Source: Spirochaetia bacterium
Lineage (GTDB): Bacteria; Spirochaetota; Spirochaetia; UBA9216
Length of the DNA: 64,000 nt
Direction of reading: 5' to 3'
NCBI GenBank assembly: GCA_965140585.1
Contig: OZ223269.1
Location: 32,001-96,000, forward strand
How positions within the stretch are numbered: the first letter of the stretch is position 1; each line of letters starts with the position of its first letter. This document shows positions 30,437 to 40,149 of this stretch, piece after piece. The position numbers and the translations under genes are program-made. Below the pieces are notes generated by a model. It did no database searches, was not told where the DNA came from, and saw only the letters and a list, made by a program, of their open reading frames with translations.

Positions 30437-31155
30437 TGGCTGATCTCGAAATCAAAAGTTTAACCAAGCGCTTCGGTGGTCTGCAGGCTGTTAACGGTGT
30501 TGATCTGACAATTTCGCGCGGTGAAATAGTAGGTATAATCGGACCAAACGGGGCAGGTAAGACAACGCTTATCAACCTGATCTCGGGAGTTATCAATCCC
30601 ACTTCAGGTACCATTCACTTCAACGGTGTGGATATCTCCTATATGGCACCGCATCTGAGGGCACGAATGGGTATTGCCCGTACTTATCAGCTTATTCACC
30701 CGCTTGAAAATCTCAGTTTAAAAGAGAATATAATGGTAGGTTTTGTGTTTGCTCAGGGGATGTCGCAGCGTAAAGCCGCCTCAGAGACTGAAAAACTCTG
30801 TGAATATCTCGGTCTTGAAAATATTACAAGGCCTGTTAGTAAGCTTAATATTCTTGAAATAAAGATGATGGAAATTGCTCACGCTCTTTCAACCGGACCG
30901 ACAATTCTGTTTCTAGATGAAATTATGGCAGGACTTAATGCCGATGAAACCCATAATGTCATCGATCTTGTAAAGAAAATAGCAGTAGAACAGAATCTCG
31001 GGATTGGGGTTGTGGAGCATGTTATGGGTGTTATCAAGGAAACTACAACCAGGGTTGTTGTCCTGGATGCCGGAGAACTGATAGCAGAAGGTCCTTACGA
31101 AAAGGTTGTTCAGAATCCTGAAGTAATCAAAGCTTATCTCGGAGGTGCACTCTGA
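30436..31155 (+). CDS. LIV-type ABC ATPase (LivG-like)
   Basis: FGGLQAV, GPNGAGKTT, LDE.MAGL. Confidence 0.92.
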   Translation: MADLEIKSLTKRFGGLQAVNGVDLTISRGEIVGIIGPNGAGKTTLINLISGVINPTSGTIHFNGVDISYMAPHLRARMGIARTYQLIHPLENLSLKENIMVGFVFAQGMSQRKAASETEKLCEYLGLENITRPVSKLNILEIKMMEIAHALSTGPTILFLDEIMAGLNADETHNVIDLVKKIAVEQNLGIGVVEHVMGVIKETTTRVVVLDAGELIAEGPYEKVVQNPEVIKAYLGGAL

Positions 31156-31856
31156 TGCTTGAAATTAAGAATCTTAACTGTTACTACGGAAAGCTGCATG
31201 TAATCAGGGATCTCAGCATGACAATCGGTGAAGAGTCAGTAGGACTCTTCGGGCCCAACGGTGCAGGAAAAACAACCCTGATTAACGCTGTAATGGGTAT
31301 GGTAAAGCCTGCTTCCGGTGAAATAATATTTGATGGAAATCCTGTGACCGGCATGGAAACTCATCTGGTCGCTCGTTCGGGCATAGCTCTGGTTCCCCAG
31401 GAAAGAGAGCTTTTTCCCTTTCTTTCGGTTTATGAAAACCTGCTTTTAGGGTCTTCATTTATTCCTCATGCTAAGGACAGGCAGGAAGAAATGCTTGAGA
31501 AGGTTTATGCAATCTTTCCGATCCTTAAGGAGCGAAAGGCTCAGCATGCAGGGACTATGAGCGGCGGTCAGCAGCGTCAGCTTGCAATCGGACGATCCCT
31601 AATGTCTATCCCCAAGCTCTTAATCCTGGATGAACCGTCTCTCGGTCTTCAGCCTTCGATCGTGTCAGAACTGTTTACAATTCTGAAGGATATGAAGAAG
31701 GATATTTCTGTACTGGTGACAGAGCAGAATGTAAAAGAAAGCCTCCGGGCAGTTGACAGAGGGTATATACTGGAGAATGGCAGCATAATTATGGAAAATT
31801 CTTCAGAAAAACTTGCCAATGATCCGCATGTTCTGCAGGCTTATCTTGGAATTTAA
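31155..31856 (+). CDS. LIV-type ABC ATPase (LivF-like)
   Basis: GPNGAGKTT, MSGGQQ, LDEPSLGL, EQN. Confidence 0.92.
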   Translation: MLEIKNLNCYYGKLHVIRDLSMTIGEESVGLFGPNGAGKTTLINAVMGMVKPASGEIIFDGNPVTGMETHLVARSGIALVPQERELFPFLSVYENLLLGSSFIPHAKDRQEEMLEKVYAIFPILKERKAQHAGTMSGGQQRQLAIGRSLMSIPKLLILDEPSLGLQPSIVSELFTILKDMKKDISVLVTEQNVKESLRAVDRGYILENGSIIMENSSEKLANDPHVLQAYLGI

Positions 31857-31871
31857 ATAAAGGATGTAAAG

Positions 31872-32639
31872 ATGGATATACCGGGTAAATACATAAGTAT
31901 CAAGAATCACAGACTGTACTATCAGGAACAAGGTGAGGGCAGCCCGGTACTTTTCATCCATGGTAATACAGGTTCACATGTCTGGTTCCGGGATGTTATG
32001 GATATTCCCGGATACCGGACTATTGCTCCTGATATGATTAATTTCGGACGTTCAGATCAGATTGAAGAATCGGATATTAATATTTACGCAGATTATCTGA
32101 ATGGGTTTATGGATGAACTGAAAATTTCAAACTGTCTTGTTGTAGGCCATTCACTTGGCGGCCCAGTGGCTATGTCTCTGGGGCTGCGTTATCCTGATAA
32201 GGTCGGGAAAATGCTTCTGATCGATTCCGGCCCCGTGGAAGGTCTTAAAACACCGGAAGAACATTACAGTGTTATTGAACTGTATAAAACCAACCGTGAT
32301 ATGATAAAGACTGCAATCGCAGCAATGGTGCCAACCTGCAAGGATGAAGATATCTTGAATCTTTTGGCAGATGAAGCTATGTTAATGAATAAATTATCAT
32401 ATGCGGGAAATCCCAGAGCCCTGGCGCGTGCTGATTACAGCGCTGAAGCTTCAAAATTCAAAGGGCCGGTTTTATTCATACGCGGCGCACTTGATCCTCT
32501 TATCACTGAGGATATGGGAAGGCAGACAGCCCGGGCGTTTGACGGAGATTACAGAGAGATTAGTCATGTTGGCCACTCTCTTATGATTGAAGATCCTGCG
32601 CTTTTCATGGAGATACTTGTTGAATTCGACGGCAGATAA
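31872..32639 (+). CDS. alpha/beta hydrolase
   Basis: HGN, GHSLGG, GALD, GHS. Confidence 0.88.
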   Translation: MDIPGKYISIKNHRLYYQEQGEGSPVLFIHGNTGSHVWFRDVMDIPGYRTIAPDMINFGRSDQIEESDINIYADYLNGFMDELKISNCLVVGHSLGGPVAMSLGLRYPDKVGKMLLIDSGPVEGLKTPEEHYSVIELYKTNRDMIKTAIAAMVPTCKDEDILNLLADEAMLMNKLSYAGNPRALARADYSAEASKFKGPVLFIRGALDPLITEDMGRQTARAFDGDYREISHVGHSLMIEDPALFMEILVEFDGR

Positions 32640-33762
32640 AGACAGAAAAACCATCACCAGAGAAAAACTTATAGCATCAGCGACTAAACTTTTTTCAGAG
32701 AATTGGTATGATGCTATTTCAATAGCAGAGATCTGCCGTTCGGCTGAGCTGTCCAACGGTGTTTTCTACCGTTATTTTAAAAACAAGGAAGAAATATTCA
32801 CTGCCATACTTGATGAGTTTCTTGAGATTCATGCAAAGCGTTTTACCCGTTTAAACGGAGATAGTGTAGAGCAGCGGCTTGTTTCTTTTTTCAGTCTTAT
32901 TCTTGAAAGTAACAGCAATGACCTTGCTTATATTAATATTTTCCGTGAAGGTGAATACCGGTTTCCAGAATATGAGCGGAGACTGCGGGACATCTACCTG
33001 TCTGTTCTGAAAGCTGTATACGGCAGGGATATGAAGATAAGCGAATACCTGTACATTGTAGGCAGTATTCGTTTTCTTCTTAGACGACCCTGCTTTACAC
33101 GGGATCATGTAACGGCAGAGTTTTTGAAGGACCTTGTATATCAGGGAATATTTTCAGTTGATCCGCCGTCAAACTTTGATTTTCTGAAGGTTGATGCTCC
33201 TTCTGCCGCGGATTCAATGGATGACTGTGATACCAGAACAAAACTGATTCTGGCAGGCACGAAGCTTATTGCTGAGCACAGTTTTTATAAGGTCAATATT
33301 TATGAAATAACCCGGGCTGCAGGTTATGCGGTAGGAACTTTCTATATTTACTTCAGCAGCAAGGAAGAGTTTTTCAGGGAAGTCGTTCTGTTTTTCGGAG
33401 TACAGCTTAGAAAATATATATCCATTTATCTGTCCAGAGATCTTGGACGTATGGAAGCTGAGCTTCAGGGAATGATTATTTTTCTGAAATATTTTGAAAC
33501 ACATATACAGAATTATCAGATAGTACGGGAAGCCGAGTTTATAATCAGACCTACTGCCCGTGAATATTACAATAAATTTGAGAGCGGATACCTTAAAAAT
33601 CTTACAGAACTTCGTGTAGAGGATAAGGTCATTGCCTCTAACTTTCTTATCGGTATAGCACATTTTCTTGGTATTGAATTTTATTTCAGCGGAAATATAG
33701 AAGATCCTGTTGAAGTTGTGAAAGAACTCGCAGGACCTATGTGCAGCGGCCTTAAAAGCTGA
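32620..33762 (+). CDS. tandem (two-repeat) TetR family regulator
   Basis: Two HTH repeats (TREKLI...GVFYRYFKNKEEIF and TRTKLI...GTFYIYFSSKEEFF). TTG start chosen from GGAG spacing. Confidence 0.85.
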   Translation: MNSTADKDRKTITREKLIASATKLFSENWYDAISIAEICRSAELSNGVFYRYFKNKEEIFTAILDEFLEIHAKRFTRLNGDSVEQRLVSFFSLILESNSNDLAYINIFREGEYRFPEYERRLRDIYLSVLKAVYGRDMKISEYLYIVGSIRFLLRRPCFTRDHVTAEFLKDLVYQGIFSVDPPSNFDFLKVDAPSAADSMDDCDTRTKLILAGTKLIAEHSFYKVNIYEITRAAGYAVGTFYIYFSSKEEFFREVVLFFGVQLRKYISIYLSRDLGRMEAELQGMIIFLKYFETHIQNYQIVREAEFIIRPTAREYYNKFESGYLKNLTELRVEDKVIASNFLIGIAHFLGIEFYFSGNIEDPVEVVKELAGPMCSGLKS

Positions 33763-33777
33763 TATGCATATAAAAAC

Positions 33778-33819
33778 TTGACATATGGAATTTATAGCCT
33801 TAAAATGAGAGGTGATTCA
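33778..33819 (+). promoter_or_regulatory. promoter with fifth operator copy
   Basis: TTGACA(33778)-17-TAAAAT(33801), then TGAGAGGTGATTCA at 33806-33819. Confidence 0.8.
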
Positions 33820-33837
33820 TGCATAATTGGAGGTACT

Positions 33838-35157
33838 ATGACAAAGTGGGAAGATGAATATAAGAAAAAATTTAAATCAATCGAAGAAGCTGTTAAAACA
33901 TTACCGCGTAAAGCTACAGTAATCGTTGGAATGGCCGCTATGGAAGCCCAGGGCTTTCTTACACAGGTTCATAAATATGAGGATAATTTTGATTTTCTGA
34001 AGGTAGGTTCCTGTCTTAATCTTGGAGACTTTCCGTTCTGTCAAGAAAAAAAATACGAAGGTAAATTCTGCAATGACAACTGGTTTTTCGGCCCGTCAAC
34101 CAGAAAAGCTGCGAAACTCGGTTATAAAATTGTTGATTATATGCCTAACAACCTCCACCGGGCAGGACTTGAAAAGGCAATGGCCGAGAAAGAAGAGGGC
34201 AACTACCTTGTCTTCTGGGGCGCGGTGACTCCGATGCAGGCTAAATCCGGTTATTTCAACCTCGGTATTTCTAATGTCTATGAACATGAAGTAATGGCAC
34301 TGGCCGATAAAATAATTCTTGAAGTAAACCCGCGAGTTCCTTACATGCATGGTGAAACCCAGGTTCATATATCCCAGGTTGATGCGATAGTTGAATATGA
34401 AAATCCGCTTCCCACCATACCTATTCCCCAGCCCAGTGAAACTGAGGAACAGATTGCCGCGCATATTGCAGAACTTGTCGGTGACGGCTCGACTCTTCAG
34501 ATTGGTATCGGAGGAATTCCAAATGCGGTTGCAAAACTGCTAAAGGGTAAAAAGGATCTGGGAATCCATACCGAAATGTTTACTGAATCGATGATCGAAC
34601 TCTTTGAGGATGGTGTGGTAACAAACCTTCGGAAGAATTTCTGGCCTGGCAAGTTTGTATGTACTTTTGCAATGGGAACCCAGAATATGTATGACTGGAT
34701 AGATAATAACCCCGGTGTTCTTCTGCTTAAAGGGAGTTATGTGAATAATCCTTATGTTATTGCACAGAATGACAACATGATAAGTATAAATACCGCGCTT
34801 TCAGTTGATATGACAGGACAGGTTTGTTCCGAGTCTATCGGTACGACCCAGTTCTCGGGTACCGGAGGACAGCTTGATACTCACCGTGGAGCAGTTATGA
34901 GCAAGAATGGTAAAGGAATTATAGCCCTGCGTTCAACAGCCAAAGGCGGAACAATTTCCACCATTACACCAACCCTCACACCAGGTTCGATAGTTTCAGT
35001 ACCAAGACACGATATTGACTATGTTGTAACAGAGTACGGTGTAGCTCACCTGAGAGGACGTACCGTAAGCTCCAGAACAAGGCAGCTTATTGAAATTGCC
35101 CATCCCGATTTCAGGGAGGAACTGAGCGGACAGGCCAGAGCGATGGGATTTATCTAA
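33838..35157 (+). CDS. acetyl-CoA hydrolase/transferase family (4-hydroxybutyrate CoA-transferase-like)
   Basis: LQIGIGGIP, GIHTEM, SGTGGQLD, VVTEYG; GGAGG SD before MTKWE. Confidence 0.9.
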   Translation: MTKWEDEYKKKFKSIEEAVKTLPRKATVIVGMAAMEAQGFLTQVHKYEDNFDFLKVGSCLNLGDFPFCQEKKYEGKFCNDNWFFGPSTRKAAKLGYKIVDYMPNNLHRAGLEKAMAEKEEGNYLVFWGAVTPMQAKSGYFNLGISNVYEHEVMALADKIILEVNPRVPYMHGETQVHISQVDAIVEYENPLPTIPIPQPSETEEQIAAHIAELVGDGSTLQIGIGGIPNAVAKLLKGKKDLGIHTEMFTESMIELFEDGVVTNLRKNFWPGKFVCTFAMGTQNMYDWIDNNPGVLLLKGSYVNNPYVIAQNDNMISINTALSVDMTGQVCSESIGTTQFSGTGGQLDTHRGAVMSKNGKGIIALRSTAKGGTISTITPTLTPGSIVSVPRHDIDYVVTEYGVAHLRGRTVSSRTRQLIEIAHPDFREELSGQARAMGFI

Positions 35158-35221
35158 ATTAACACCAATATATAATAAATTATATATTGTCGTCATCCTG
35201 ATGAAGTAGTATATTCATAAT

Positions 35222-35851
35222 ATGAAAAAGCACTTTATCGGGATATTTTTTATTGTTACATCTCTGATTTTAACTTCCACAGCCTGTAGTGCAGGGAAGA
35301 CTGAAACAGCGGAACCTTCAACTGAAACTCCTGCAGCAGCAGAATCATCTGAACCTAAAACCGCAGATGATGATGGATCACAGGCTCTTTACCCGCCTGA
35401 CGGATGGGTAACAGATATACGTGAAGCTTATAAAACTGCAATGGCTGAAGATAAATCAATTCTTGTTGATTTTACCGGTTCTGACTGGTGTGTCTGGTGC
35501 AAGAAACTAAGCGCAGAAGTTTTCACAACCGAGGAGTTCAAAGCATATGCTGATGAGAACCTCGTCCTTCTGTTTCTTGATTTTCCGAATACTTTTGAAC
35601 TTCCTGAAGAGCAAGTTCAGCACAACCAGATACTGGCCCAGATGCTTGAAGTTCAGGGCTATCCGACAATATGGCTGCTTGAAAAAGATCTAACTCCTGT
35701 TATGGTTACCGGCTACCGTGAAGGAGGTGCCGCTGAATACATAAGACACCTTAAAGAGGATATGCCCGATATTGATGAAGAGCAGAAAGCATCATTCCGT
35801 GACGGTTTTACAAGTGCTATAGAGGAATATATCGGGGCACTTGAAAGCTGA
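35222..35851 (+). CDS. thioredoxin-fold lipoprotein
   Basis: FTGSDWCVWC, GYPT; lipoprotein-like signal (STAC). Confidence 0.85.
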   Translation: MKKHFIGIFFIVTSLILTSTACSAGKTETAEPSTETPAAAESSEPKTADDDGSQALYPPDGWVTDIREAYKTAMAEDKSILVDFTGSDWCVWCKKLSAEVFTTEEFKAYADENLVLLFLDFPNTFELPEEQVQHNQILAQMLEVQGYPTIWLLEKDLTPVMVTGYREGGAAEYIRHLKEDMPDIDEEQKASFRDGFTSAIEEYIGALES

Positions 35852-35874
35852 AAAAAATAATCTAACTTGACATG

Positions 35875-35911
35875 AAAAGCTGTATATACATTATATACGG
35901 CTTTTTTTTTT
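35875..35911 (+). terminator. intrinsic terminator
   Basis: AAAAGCTGTATATA-cat-TATATACGGCTTTT plus T-run. Confidence 0.65.
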
Positions 35912-35982
35912 AGGAAAAACGATTTACTATATTTCGATCTGATTTTCAGACAGTTAAGAAACTTTATTTTTTGGAGAATTAA

Positions 35983-36486
35983 ATGAAAAAAGCGTTACTT
36001 GTTATGCTGCTTCTTTCAGTTGCAGTTGCCGGTCAGCTATTTGCTGAGGATGTAGATTTCACTTTTGACACAGACTTTAATGCACCGGGGCAGATAAATG
36101 CGAATGTAACTGTTGGTTGGGGCGGTGGACTTGCTGCAGCAGCTGGAGCTGAATATATCGTAGGTATCATCGATATTGAAGATTTTCCGCTGGAATGGGG
36201 AGTTGCCGCAAGAGCTGTAATGGATTTCGGCTTTTTCAGCGGATTTGATTTTGGTGTAGGCGGGCTTGGTACTCTTCACAAGGGATTCAGTCTTGGTGAA
36301 GGCCTTGATTTTGATTTCAACATTGGTCTCGGTCTCGGATATTATACCACTTCCGGCTTTCCTGTAGGATTTGCACATATTGAACAGCTTGCATGGTTGA
36401 TGAATGAAAATATGTGGGTTTTTCTTGAAAATACCAGCGTAGGCAGTGCATACTGCAGCGGTATCGGCGTCAGATTTGCACTGTAG
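35983..36486 (+). CDS. small outer-membrane beta-barrel-like protein
   Basis: Signal peptide, alternating Gly/aromatic strands, C-terminal GIGVRFAL. Confidence 0.65.
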   Translation: MKKALLVMLLLSVAVAGQLFAEDVDFTFDTDFNAPGQINANVTVGWGGGLAAAAGAEYIVGIIDIEDFPLEWGVAARAVMDFGFFSGFDFGVGGLGTLHKGFSLGEGLDFDFNIGLGLGYYTTSGFPVGFAHIEQLAWLMNENMWVFLENTSVGSAYCSGIGVRFAL

Positions 36487-36524
36487 GGCTGTCAGACGTA
36501 ATTCACAGATAAATCTGTAATCTG

Positions 36525-36552
36525 AAAAATCCCCTGAAAAGGGGATTTTTTT
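36525..36552 (+). terminator. intrinsic terminator
   Basis: AAAAATCCCCT-gaaa-AGGGGATTTTTTT. Confidence 0.8.
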
Positions 36553-36590
36553 ATGGTAGTATGGAATTAGATTAAAACCTGGAGAAACTG

Positions 36591-37643
36591 ATGGCCGGAT
36601 ATTCAGACCTTGCAAAAACACTTTCATGGAAGGATGGAACACTTACAATTATTGATCAGACAAAACTTCCTCTTGAGCTTGTAAATGAACCTCAGCAGAG
36701 TATTGAGCAGGTTTGGGATTCCATTAAAAAACTGAAGGTCAGGGGAGCTCCCGCAATAGGTGTGGCCGGCGCTTACGGTCTTCTCTACGGTGCACGCGAT
36801 GTCCTTAATAACTCCACTGAAATTTTTATCGAGAAGCTGAAGGAAAAAGCCGCATACCTTGATTCCTCAAGGCCAACCGCTGTGAATCTAAGCTGGGGAC
36901 TTAAGCGGATGGTCGAAAAAGCGGAATCATGTGATGGCTTGAACCCTGAGCAGATATATGAGGTGCTTGAGCAGGAAGCGATAGCCATCCATAAGGAAGA
37001 TACCGAACTCTGCTTCGGCATCGGCAGAAATGGAAAAAGCCTTATCAGGGATGGAATGGGAGTTCTGACACACTGCAATGCCGGCCATCTCTGTGCCTCA
37101 CAGCTGGGAACAGCTACTGCTCCGATGTATCTTGCTCATGAGGATGGTGTTGAATTCAAGGTATATGCAGATGAAACAAGACCTCTCCTGCAGGGAGCAA
37201 GATTGACAGCCTGGGAGCTTCAGCAGGCAGGCCTTGATGCTACGCTTATCTGTGATAATATGGCAGCTTATATGATGTCGAAGGGATTCATAAACCTTGT
37301 TATTGTCGGAACAGACAGGGTTGCCGCTAATGGAGATACTGCAAATAAAATCGGAACAATGGGAGTGGCAATTCTTGCCTCCCACTTTAACATACCCTTT
37401 TATGTTGCCTGCCCCTCATCAACCTTTGACCTGGAGACCCCTAACGGAGAAGGGATAGTTATAGAGGAACGCGATCCAGATGAAGTTACCAGTTTCGGCG
37501 CCAGACGTACCGGGCCTGAGGGGATTCAGGTAAGAAACCCCGCCTTTGATGTTACTCCCAACAATCTGATTACGGGGTTTATTACAGAAAACGGAATTGT
37601 AAATCCGCCTTTTAAAGAAAATCTGCTCAGCAATTTCCGCTGA
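36591..37643 (+). CDS. mtnA: methylthioribose-1-phosphate isomerase
   Basis: VRGAPAIG, RPTAVNL, THCNAG, ETRPLLQGARLT, GDTANKIGT, NPAFDVTP. Confidence 0.95.
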   Translation: MAGYSDLAKTLSWKDGTLTIIDQTKLPLELVNEPQQSIEQVWDSIKKLKVRGAPAIGVAGAYGLLYGARDVLNNSTEIFIEKLKEKAAYLDSSRPTAVNLSWGLKRMVEKAESCDGLNPEQIYEVLEQEAIAIHKEDTELCFGIGRNGKSLIRDGMGVLTHCNAGHLCASQLGTATAPMYLAHEDGVEFKVYADETRPLLQGARLTAWELQQAGLDATLICDNMAAYMMSKGFINLVIVGTDRVAANGDTANKIGTMGVAILASHFNIPFYVACPSSTFDLETPNGEGIVIEERDPDEVTSFGARRTGPEGIQVRNPAFDVTPNNLITGFITENGIVNPPFKENLLSNFR

Positions 37644-38541
37644 GCCAATCGGCAAATATCTTATAAACCTCGGTTCTGTTTGTTTCATTAAGGCTTTCAT
37701 GCCTACCGCCGGGATTCAGCACCATTTCTGCTTTGGAATGGCCTGTATTCTTATACATTTCAAATACCTTTTGAACACCGGCTCCGTTTCCTCCAACCGG
37801 ATCCTTTTCGCCTGAATACAGGAGTATCGGCAGTTCGGCCGGAGTCTTTCTGAAAGTCTGCTCATTTGAAATTATATCAAGGCCTTCAGCGAAATCCACA
37901 TAGAATCCGGCAGTTGCGACAAATCCGCAATACGGATCAGCCACATACAGATCCACCTGTTTTTCATCCCTGCTCAGCCACTCAAAACCCGTCCTGCCCG
38001 GATTGAACTGTTTGTTGTTTCCTCCGAAAGCAAGCTTATCTATCAGTTTGGCTTTGGCTTTTGAACCCTGAAAAGCCTTCTGCATTTTTGCGATCATTCG
38101 TAAGGGGGCGGTCTGGGAACTCTCAAACCATCCGGTTCCCGAAAGTATTACTCTGTCTATATTGTCAGGATTATCCGCGACCAGGTTTCGGGCAATAAAT
38201 GAACCCATGCTGTGGCCTATAATAAAAAATGGTAAATCAGGGTAATCTTTTCTCAGCTTATTGCCGAGCTGAACATTATCATCGACCATCTTCTGCCATC
38301 CATCAGCCTGTGCCAGCCAGCCGGCATTTTCAAGTGATCCGGCCGTTTTTCCATGCCCCCTGTGATCTTCACCGGCAACAACAAATCCCCTTGAATTAAG
38401 GTATTGTGCAAACTCATTATAGCGGCTGATTTGTTCCGCCATTCCGTGAATTATCTGTACAACAGCAGTCGGGGAGGGGCACTCCCATATTGATGCGTAA
38501 ATTTCAGTACCGTCAAGAGCAGTGAATCCATAGTCTTTCAT
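37627..38541 (-). CDS. alpha/beta hydrolase, lysophospholipase/monoacylglycerol lipase family
   Basis: HGMAE, DHRGHG, GHSMGS, RHE. Confidence 0.88.
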   Translation of the reverse strand: MKDYGFTALDGTEIYASIWECPSPTAVVQIIHGMAEQISRYNEFAQYLNSRGFVVAGEDHRGHGKTAGSLENAGWLAQADGWQKMVDDNVQLGNKLRKDYPDLPFFIIGHSMGSFIARNLVADNPDNIDRVILSGTGWFESSQTAPLRMIAKMQKAFQGSKAKAKLIDKLAFGGNNKQFNPGRTGFEWLSRDEKQVDLYVADPYCGFVATAGFYVDFAEGLDIISNEQTFRKTPAELPILLYSGEKDPVGGNGAGVQKVFEMYKNTGHSKAEMVLNPGGRHESLNETNRTEVYKIFADWLSGNC

Positions 38542-38583
38542 ATTGCACGAACCTCCTGAATAATTATATCATGGCTCCAGCAT

Positions 38584-39207
38584 ATGTATAACGAAGATTT
38601 ATGTAAAACAGCAGTGATACTTGCCGGAGGGAAAAGCCGCAGAGCAGGTTTTGACAAACAGCAGCTGCTAATCAAGGGTATGCCCGCTGCTGTTTATATA
38701 GGGAAGAATCTTGAAGTTATTTTCCCTGAAATCCTGATAGTATCCAATACACCGGAACTGTACTCTGACTGGGATTTTCAGGTTATAAGCGATACTGTAA
38801 GAAACTACGGACCGGCAGGCGGGCTGTATTCGGCCTTGAAATATCTTGATAAACCTGTTTTTTTAACGGCATGTGATATGCCATATGTTTCTCCTCAGTT
38901 TATCAAATTTATAATTAACAATTTTTCCAACTCAGGGATAGATATTTTATCCAGTTCCGATTCAATGAACCGGCCCGAGCCTTTTAATTCAATATACAGC
39001 AATTCCATAACTGCGGCCCTCTTGGAGTTTATAGAAAATGGCGGGCGGGGTCTTGCAGCCTTTCATAAAATAGTAAAAACGAACTACCTGCCTTATAAAG
39101 AGATCAATAAACTTACAAATGCCTGGGAAGCGTTCACAAATCTAAATTCTGCTGAAGAAATTAAAGAGTTTTTGAATAAAAACAGTGATATAACTGTAGA
39201 TAAATGA
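38584..39207 (+). CDS. mobA: molybdenum cofactor guanylyltransferase
   Basis: ILAGGKSRR.G.DK, GP.GGL, ACDMP, N.N. Confidence 0.85.
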   Translation: MYNEDLCKTAVILAGGKSRRAGFDKQQLLIKGMPAAVYIGKNLEVIFPEILIVSNTPELYSDWDFQVISDTVRNYGPAGGLYSALKYLDKPVFLTACDMPYVSPQFIKFIINNFSNSGIDILSSSDSMNRPEPFNSIYSNSITAALLEFIENGGRGLAAFHKIVKTNYLPYKEINKLTNAWEAFTNLNSAEEIKEFLNKNSDITVDK

Positions 39208-39228
39208 AACTGAAATACCGGAGGACTA

Positions 39229-40083
39229 ATGCGGGAAAACGCGGAATTTATCAGAAAGAACCTGAGTCGAAAAAAGCTGGAACAGATTTCCACTACCGTA
39301 ATAAATGCATACAAGGCTGGTGATGATGTGTTCATCAGCTCTGCTGCAGGAACAATTGGAATTAATACTGAGGGAAAAAGCCGAAAAACCCTTTTCTACA
39401 CTCTAATAAAAGCGGTTCATCCTGACCGCTTCTCGGCTCTGTTGAATGAATTTGAGACTGCATGCCGTAAATCAGACACCGGCCGCCTGTCAGCCATCAG
39501 GAAACTGCTTGAGCTGAAGCTCAGGGTAGCTGAAGAGCGGCAGAAACGTTTTGACTTTGATTATTCAGAAGTGTTTTATAATGACGCCGATGCATCAATG
39601 GGGTTTAGTTCTGATGAAGATGAGTACTACGATTCTGATTTTGCAGATAATGATTTTATTGCCGCAGTGAAATCTGAAATTTTCGGAAATCATCCGTATC
39701 CTGTCGATGCTTCGGATCTGGGGCAGATTGATGGTGTTCTGGATGTTTCCGGCTACGGATTTGAAGATACTGAGGGGCTTGAATACTGCCGAAATGTCAG
39801 GATACTGAATATTTCGGGAAATGACATATATAACATTCATGACCTGGCTGAACTTCATCAGCTGGAAGAACTTTATGCCGCTTCAAACCGGATTTCAGAC
39901 CTTTCCCCCCTGACCGGGATGGATTTTCTGGAGATTATCGAGCTTTCCGACAACGATATTGAGGATATCAGTCCATTGCTTAATCTCGCAAAACTTAGGT
40001 TTGTTAACCTCATTGGCAACCCTGTGTCCGACAGGGGATTGATTGAAAAGCTTCGTGAGCAGAAAGTTATAGTTATTTTTTAA
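39229..40083 (+). CDS. leucine-rich repeat protein with N-terminal HPD-containing helical segment
   Basis: Internalin-like LRRs (L..L....N.I.D...L); LIKAVHPDRF; acidic linker. Confidence 0.8.
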   Translation: MRENAEFIRKNLSRKKLEQISTTVINAYKAGDDVFISSAAGTIGINTEGKSRKTLFYTLIKAVHPDRFSALLNEFETACRKSDTGRLSAIRKLLELKLRVAEERQKRFDFDYSEVFYNDADASMGFSSDEDEYYDSDFADNDFIAAVKSEIFGNHPYPVDASDLGQIDGVLDVSGYGFEDTEGLEYCRNVRILNISGNDIYNIHDLAELHQLEELYAASNRISDLSPLTGMDFLEIIELSDNDIEDISPLLNLAKLRFVNLIGNPVSDRGLIEKLREQKVIVIF

Positions 40084-40149
40084 ATGGATGACGAAAAAAC
40101 CACTAAGTGTTATAGTATGAATGGATTAATTTGAATATAGGAATGATAT

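Noticed and set aside
22027-35157. ORF-track starts at 23190, 27247, 27258, 32587 and 33778 (also 5462, 7172 and 63126 outside this span)
   Set aside because: They run into promoters or neighbouring genes; downstream starts with SD or promoter support were used instead.
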